Source: the human T2T-CHM13v2.0 reference genome, Homo sapiens | NCBI RefSeq assembly: GCF_009914755.1 | Contig: NC_060925.1 | Length of the DNA: 64,000 nucleotides | Direction: 5' to 3' (one strand) | In this document: positions 57,801 through 64,000 of the stretch, in pieces | How the letters are laid out: every line of letters begins with the position of its first letter | Numbering within the stretch: the first letter of the stretch is position 1 | Position numbers and translations under genes: made by a program | The notes under the pieces: model-generated | The model's database searches: none | Seen by the model: only the letters and a program-made list of their open reading frames with translations | What the model was told of the DNA's origin: nothing

Positions 57801-60800
57801 AAATGGATGGACTCATCATCGAATGGATTCGAATGGAATCATCGAATAAAATTGATTGAAATCATCATCGAATGGAATCGAATGGTATCATTGAATGGAA
57901 TCGAATGGAATCATCATCAGATGGAAATGAATGGAATCGTCATAGAATGGAATCGAATGGATTCATTGAATGGAATCAGATGGAATCATCGAATGGACTC
58001 GAATGGAATAATCATTGAACGGAATCGAATGGAATCATCATCGGATGGAAACGAATGGAATCATCATCGAATGGAAATGAAAGGAGTCATCATCTAATGG
58101 AATTTCATGGAATCATCATCAAATGGAATCGAATGGAATCAACATCAAATGGAATCAAATGGAATCATTGAACGGAATTGAATGGAATCGTCATCGAATG
58201 AATTGAATGCAATCATCGAATGGTCTCGAATGGAATCATCTTCAAATGGAATGGAATGGAATCATCGCATAGAATCGAATGGAATTATCATCGAATGGAA
58301 TCGAATGTTATCAACATCAAACGGAAAATAACGGAATTATCGAATGGAATCGAAGAGAATCATCGAACGGACCCGAATGGAATCATCTAATGGAATGGAA
58401 TGGAATAATCCACGGACTCGAATGCAATCATCGTCGAATGGAATCGAATAGAATCATCGAATGGACTCGAATGGAATAATCATTGAACGGAATCGAATGG
58501 AATCATCATCGGATGGAAACGAATGGAATCATCATCGAATGGAATCGAATAGAATTATGGAATGAAATCCAGTGTGATCATCATCGAATGGACCCGAATG
58601 GAATCATCATCCAACGGAAGCTAATGGAATCAACATCGAATGAATCAAATGGAAACACCATCGAATTGAAACGAATGGAATTACCATGAAATTGAAATGG
58701 ATGGACTCATCATCAAATGGATTCGAATGGAATCATCGAATAAAATTGATTGAAATCATCATCGAATGGAATCGAATGGTATCATTGAATGGAATCGAAT
58801 GGAATCATCATCAGATGGAAATGAATGGAATCGTCATAGAATGGAATCGAATGGATTCATTGAATGGAATCAGATGGAATCATTGAATGGACTGGAATGG
58901 AATCATTGAATGGACTCGAAAGGGATCATTATTGAATGGAATTGAATGGAATCATCGAATGGTCTCGATTGGAATCATTATCAAATGGAATCGAATGGAA
59001 TCACCGAATAGAATCGAATGGAACAATCATCGAATGGACTCAAATGGAATTATCCTCCAATGGAATGGAATGGAATTATCGAATGCAATCGAATGGAATT
59101 ATCGAATGCAATCGAATAGAATCATCGAATGGACTCGAATGGAATCATCGAATGGAATGGAATGGAACAGTCAATGAACTCGAATGGAATCATCATTGAA
59201 TGGAATCGAATGGAATCATCGAGTGGAATCGAATGGAATTATGATCAAATGGAATCGAATGTAATCATCATCAAATGGAATCAAAAATAACCATCATCAA
59301 TTGGTATTGAATGGAATTGTCATCAAATGGAATTCAAAGGAATCATCATCAAATGGAACCGAATGGAATCCTCATTGAATGGAAATGAAAGGGGTCATCA
59401 TCTAATGGAATCGCATGGAATCATCATCAAATGGAATCGAATGGAATCATCATCAAATGGAATCTAATGGAATCATTGAAAAGAATTGAATGGAATCGTC
59501 ATCGAATGAATTGAATGCAATCATCGAATGGTCTCGAATGGAATCATCTTCTAATGGAAAGGAATGGAATCATCGCATAGAATCGAATGGAATTATCATC
59601 GAATGGAATCGAATGGTATCAACACCAAACGGAAAAAAACGGAATTATCGAATGGAATCGAAGAGAATCTTCGAACGGACCCGAATGGAATCATCTAATG
59701 GAATGGAATGGAATAATCCATGGACTCGAATGCAATCATCATCGAATGGAATCGAATGGAATCATCGAATGGACTCGAATGGAATAATCATTGAACGGAA
59801 TCGAATGGAATCATCATCGGATGGAAACGAATGGAATCATCATCGAATGGAAATGAAAGGAGTCATCATCTAATGGAATTGCATGGAATCATCATCAAAG
59901 GGAATCGAATGGAATCAACATCAAATGGAATCAAATGGAATCATTGAACGGAATTGAATGGAATCGTCATCGAATGAATTGAATGCAATCATCGAATGGT
60001 CTCGAATGGAATCATCTTCAAATAGAATGGAATGGAATCATCGCATAGAATCGAATGGAATTATCATCGAATGGAATCGAATGGAATCAACATCAAACGG
60101 AAAAAAACGGAATTATCGAATGGAATCGAAGAGAATCATCGAATGGACCCGAATGGAATCATCTAATGGAATGGAATGGAATAATCCATGGACTCGAATG
60201 CAATCATCATCGAATGGAATCGAATGGAATCATCGAATGGACTCGAATGGAATAATCATTGAACGGAATCGAATGGAATCATCATCGGATGGAAATGAAT
60301 GGAATCATCATCGAATGGAATCGAATAGAATTATGGAATGAAATCCAGTGTGATCATCATCGAATGGACCCGAATGGAATCATCATCCAACGTAAGCTAA
60401 TGGAATCAACATCGAATGAATCGAATGGAAACACCATCGAATTGAAACGAATGGAATTACCATGAAATTGAAATGGATGGACTCATCATCGAATGGATTC
60501 GAATGGAATCATCGAATAAAATTGATTGAAATCATCATCGAATTGTATCGAATGGTATCATTGAATGGAATCGAATGGAATCATCCTCAGATGGAAATGA
60601 ATGGAATCGTCATAGAATGGAATCGAATGGATTCATTGAATGGAATCAGATGGAATCATCGAATGGACTGGAATGGAATCATTGAATGGACTCGAAAGGG
60701 ATCATTATTGAATGGAATTGAATGGAATCATCGAATGGTCCCGATGGAATCATTATCAAATGGAATCGAATGGAATCACCGAATAGAATCGAATGGAACA

Positions 60801-63800
60801 ATCATCGAATGGACTCAAATGGAATTATCCTCACATGGAATCGAATGGAATTATCGAATGCAATCGAATGGAATTATCGAATGCAATCGAATAGAATCAT
60901 CGAATGGACTCGAATGGAATCATCGAATGGAATGGAATGGAACAGTCAATGAACTCGAATGGAATCATCATTGAATGGAATCGAATGGAATCATCGAGTG
61001 GAATCGAATGGAATTATGATCAAATGGAATCGAATTTAATCATCATCAAATGGAATCAAAAATAACCATCATCAATTGGTATTGAATGGAATTCTCATCA
61101 AATGGAATTCAAAGGAATCATCATCAAATGGAACTGAATGGAATCCTCATTGAATGGAAATGAAAGGGGTCATCATCTAATGGAATCGCATGGAATCATC
61201 ATCAAATGGAATCGAATGGAATCATCATCAAATGGAATCTGATGGAATCATTGAACAGAATTGAATGGAATCGTCATCGAATGAATTGAATTCAATCATC
61301 GAATGGTCTCGAATGTAATCACATTCTAATGGAAAGGAATGGAATCATCGCATAGAATCGAATGGAATTAACATTGAATGGACTCGAATGGAATCAACAT
61401 CAAACGGAATCAAGCGGAATTATCGAATGGAATCGAAGAGAATCATCGAATGGTCTCGAATGGAATCATCTTCTAATGGAAAGGAATGGAATCATCTCAT
61501 AGAATCGAATGGAATTAACATTGAATGGACTCGAATGGAATCAACATCAAATGCAATCAAGCGGAATTGTCGAATGAAATCGAAGAGAATCATCGAATGG
61601 ACTCGAATGGAATCATCTAATGGAATGGAATGGAATAATCCACGGACTCGAATGCAATCATCATCGTATAGAATCGAATGGAATGATCGAAAGGACTCGA
61701 ATGGAATAACCATTGAACGGAATCGAATGGAATCATCATCGGATGGAAACGAATGGAATCATCATCGAATGGAAATGAAAGGAGTCATCATCTAATGGAA
61801 TTGCATGGAATCATCATCAAATGGAATCGAATGGAATCATCATCAAATGGAATCAAATGGAATCATTGAACGGAATTGAATGGAATTGTCATCGAATGAA
61901 TTGACTGCAATCATCCAATGGTCTCGAATGGAATCATCTTCAAATGGAATGGAATGGAATCATCGCATAGAATCGAATGGAATTATCATCGAATGGAATC
62001 GAATGGTATCAACATCAAACGGAAAAAAACGGAATTATCGAATGGAATCGAAGAGAATCTTCGAACGGACCCGAATGGAATCATCTAATGGAATGGAATG
62101 GAATAATCCATGGACTCGAATGCAATCATCATCGAATGGAATCGAATGGAATCATTGAATGGACTCGAATGGAATAATCATTGAACGGAATCGAATGGAA
62201 TCATCATCGGATGGAAATGAATGGAATCATCATCGAATGGAATCGAATAGAATTATGGAATGAAATCCAGTGTGATCATCATCGAATGGACCCGAATGGA
62301 ATCATCATCCAACGGAAGCTAATGGAATCAACATCGAATGAATCGAAAGGAAACACCATCGAATTGAAACGAATGGAATTATCATGAAATTGAAATGGAT
62401 GGACTCATCATCGAATGGATTCGAATGGAATCATCGAATAAAATTGATTGAAATCATCATCGAATGGAATCGAATGGTATCATTGAATGGAATCGAATGG
62501 AATCATCATCAGATGGAAATGAATGGAATCGTCATAGAATGGAATCGAATGGATTCATTGAATGGAATCAGATGGAATCATCGAATGGACTCGAATGGAA
62601 TAATCATTGAACGGAATCGAATGGAATCATCATCGGATGGAAACGAATGGAATCATCATCGAATGGAAATGAAAGGAGTCATCATCTAATGGAATTTCAT
62701 GGAATCATCATCAAATGGAATCGAATGGAATCAACATCAAATGGAATCAAATGGAATCATTGAACGGAATTGAATGGAATCGTCATCGAATGAATTGAAT
62801 GCAATCATCGAATGGTCTCGAATGGAATCATCTTCAAATGGAATGGAATGGAATCATCGCATAGAATCGAATGGAATTATCATCGAATGGAATCGAATGT
62901 TATCAACATCAAACGGAAAATAACGGAATTATCGAATGGAATCGAAGAGAATCATCGAACGGACCCGAATGGAATCATCTAATGGAATGGAATGGAATAA
63001 TCCACGGACTCGAATGCAATCATCGTCGAATGGAATCGAATAGAATCATCGAATGGACTCGAATGGAATAATCATTGAACGGAATCGAATGGAATCATCA
63101 TCGGATGGAAACGAATGGAATCATCATCGAATGGAATCGAATAGAATTATGGAATGAAATCCAGTGTGATCATCATCGAATGGACCCGAATGGAATCATC
63201 ATCCAACGGAAGCTAATGGAATCAACATCGAATGAATCAAATGGAAACACCATCGAATTGAAACGAATGGAATTACCATGAAATTGAAATGGATGGACTC
63301 ATCATCAAATGGATTCGAATGGAATCATCGAATAAAATTGATTGAAATCATCATCGAATGGAATCGAATGGTATCATTGAATGGAATCGAATGGAATCAT
63401 CATCAGATGGAAATGAATGGAATCGTCATAGAATGGAATCGAATGGATTCATTGAATGGAATCAGATGGAATCATTGAATGGACTGGAATGGAATCATTG
63501 AATGGACTCGAAAGGGATCATTATTGAATGGAATTGAATGGAATCATCGAATGGTCTCGATTGGAATCATTATCAAATGGAATCGAATGGAATCACCGAA
63601 TAGAATCGAATGGAACAATCATCGAATGGACTCAAATGGAATTATCCTCCAATGGAATGGAATGGAATTATCGAATGCAATCGAATGGAATTATCGAATG
63701 CAATCGAATAGAATCATCGAATGGACTCGAATGGAATCATCGAATGGAATGGAATGGAATGGAACAGTCAATGAACTCGAATGGAATCATCATTGAATGG

Positions 63801-64000
63801 AATCGAATGGAATCATCGAGTGGAATCGAATGGAATTATGATCAAATGGAATCGAATGTAATCATCATCAAATGGAATCAAAAATAACCATCATCAATTG
63901 GTATTGAATGGAATTGTCATCAAATGGAATTCAAAGGAATCATCATCAAATGGAACCGAATGGAATCCTCATTGAATGGAAATGAAAGGGGTCATCATCT
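51814..64000 (+). repeat. ~12.27-kb higher-order repeat, copy 3 (truncated by ~85 bp at the window end)
   Basis: Offsets 51006->63278 and 51256->63528 equal 12272 bp, with the same diagnostic variants. Confidence 0.9.

Larger units (their letters stand above)
1..64000 (+). repeat. Human Satellite II (HSat2/HSATII) pericentromeric tandem array, ~1.77-kb-unit type (probably HSat2A, chr1q12)
   Basis: Continuous GAATGGAATC/ATCATCGAATGG motifs with very dense TCGA, which indicates HSat2 rather than pure (GGAAT)n HSat3. Landmark spacing is 1776 bp and EcoRI GAATTC sites lie at 357 and 2133 (1776 apart). No unique sequence anywhere and no strand switch. Confidence 0.97.

Noticed and set aside
22-63887. 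Hundreds of 60-170 aa plus-strand ORFs (MESSSNELNAIIEW..., MKLKWMDSS...)
   Set aside because: These are translations of the GAATGGAATC grammar, which is ATG-rich and stop-poor. They overlap in all three frames, are low-complexity and are freely broken by stops and frameshifts between copies, with no sign of coding constraint.
27274-64000. Possible 24540-bp period (copies 1 and 3 share markers absent from copy 2)
   Set aside because: The junction at ~63750 has the extra GGAAT like ~51480, unlike ~39200, so the pattern does not alternate. Local conversions in copy 2 explain it better.
1-64000. CRISPR-like or bacterial repeat system
   Set aside because: There are no unique spacers, cas genes or non-repeat sequence; this is eukaryotic satellite DNA.
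1-64000. Embedded Alu/L1 insertion, inversion, or HSat3/telomeric tract
   Set aside because: I saw no poly(A) tails, no GC-rich segments, no switch to the CATTC strand and no pure GGAAT runs longer than about 4 units while reading the window.

Overview
The whole 64 kb window is an uninterrupted, single-orientation (GGAAT-strand) array of human-type Satellite II (HSat2/HSATII). It is built from diverged GGAAT pentamers in a 23/26-bp ATCATCGAATGGAATCGAATGGA-type grammar, with a 1776-bp unit carrying one EcoRI site. This fits the classic ~1.77-kb chr1q12 (pUC1.77/HSat2A) array; the chromosome is inferred, not proven. I see no genes, RNA genes, transposons or CRISPR arrays, and all ORFs are translations of the satellite. 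What is informative is the nested architecture. I used a once-per-unit landmark (ATGAAATTGAAATGGATGGAC, the 'MKLKW' ORF starts; the copy at 6814 is diverged). Its spacings are 1776, 1773, 1776, 4482, 1307, 2234, 1307, 1766, 1923, 1762, 1775, 1308, 1775, 1793, 1308, then a regular pattern [1776,1922,894,1776,1922,894,1776/1780,1308]. The window therefore runs from a diverged ~3.55-kb dimer zone, through a rearranged mosaic zone with local 3541-, ~6620- and 4876-bp duplications, into a near-identical 8-monomer ~12.27-kb higher-order repeat (3 copies) that contains an internal 4592-bp duplication. Recombination footprints can be read directly: microhomology deletions, a 147-bp duplication and its apparent collapse, a length-neutral 26-bp swap and a short gene-conversion tract. 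I found no evidence for a new gene-based system.
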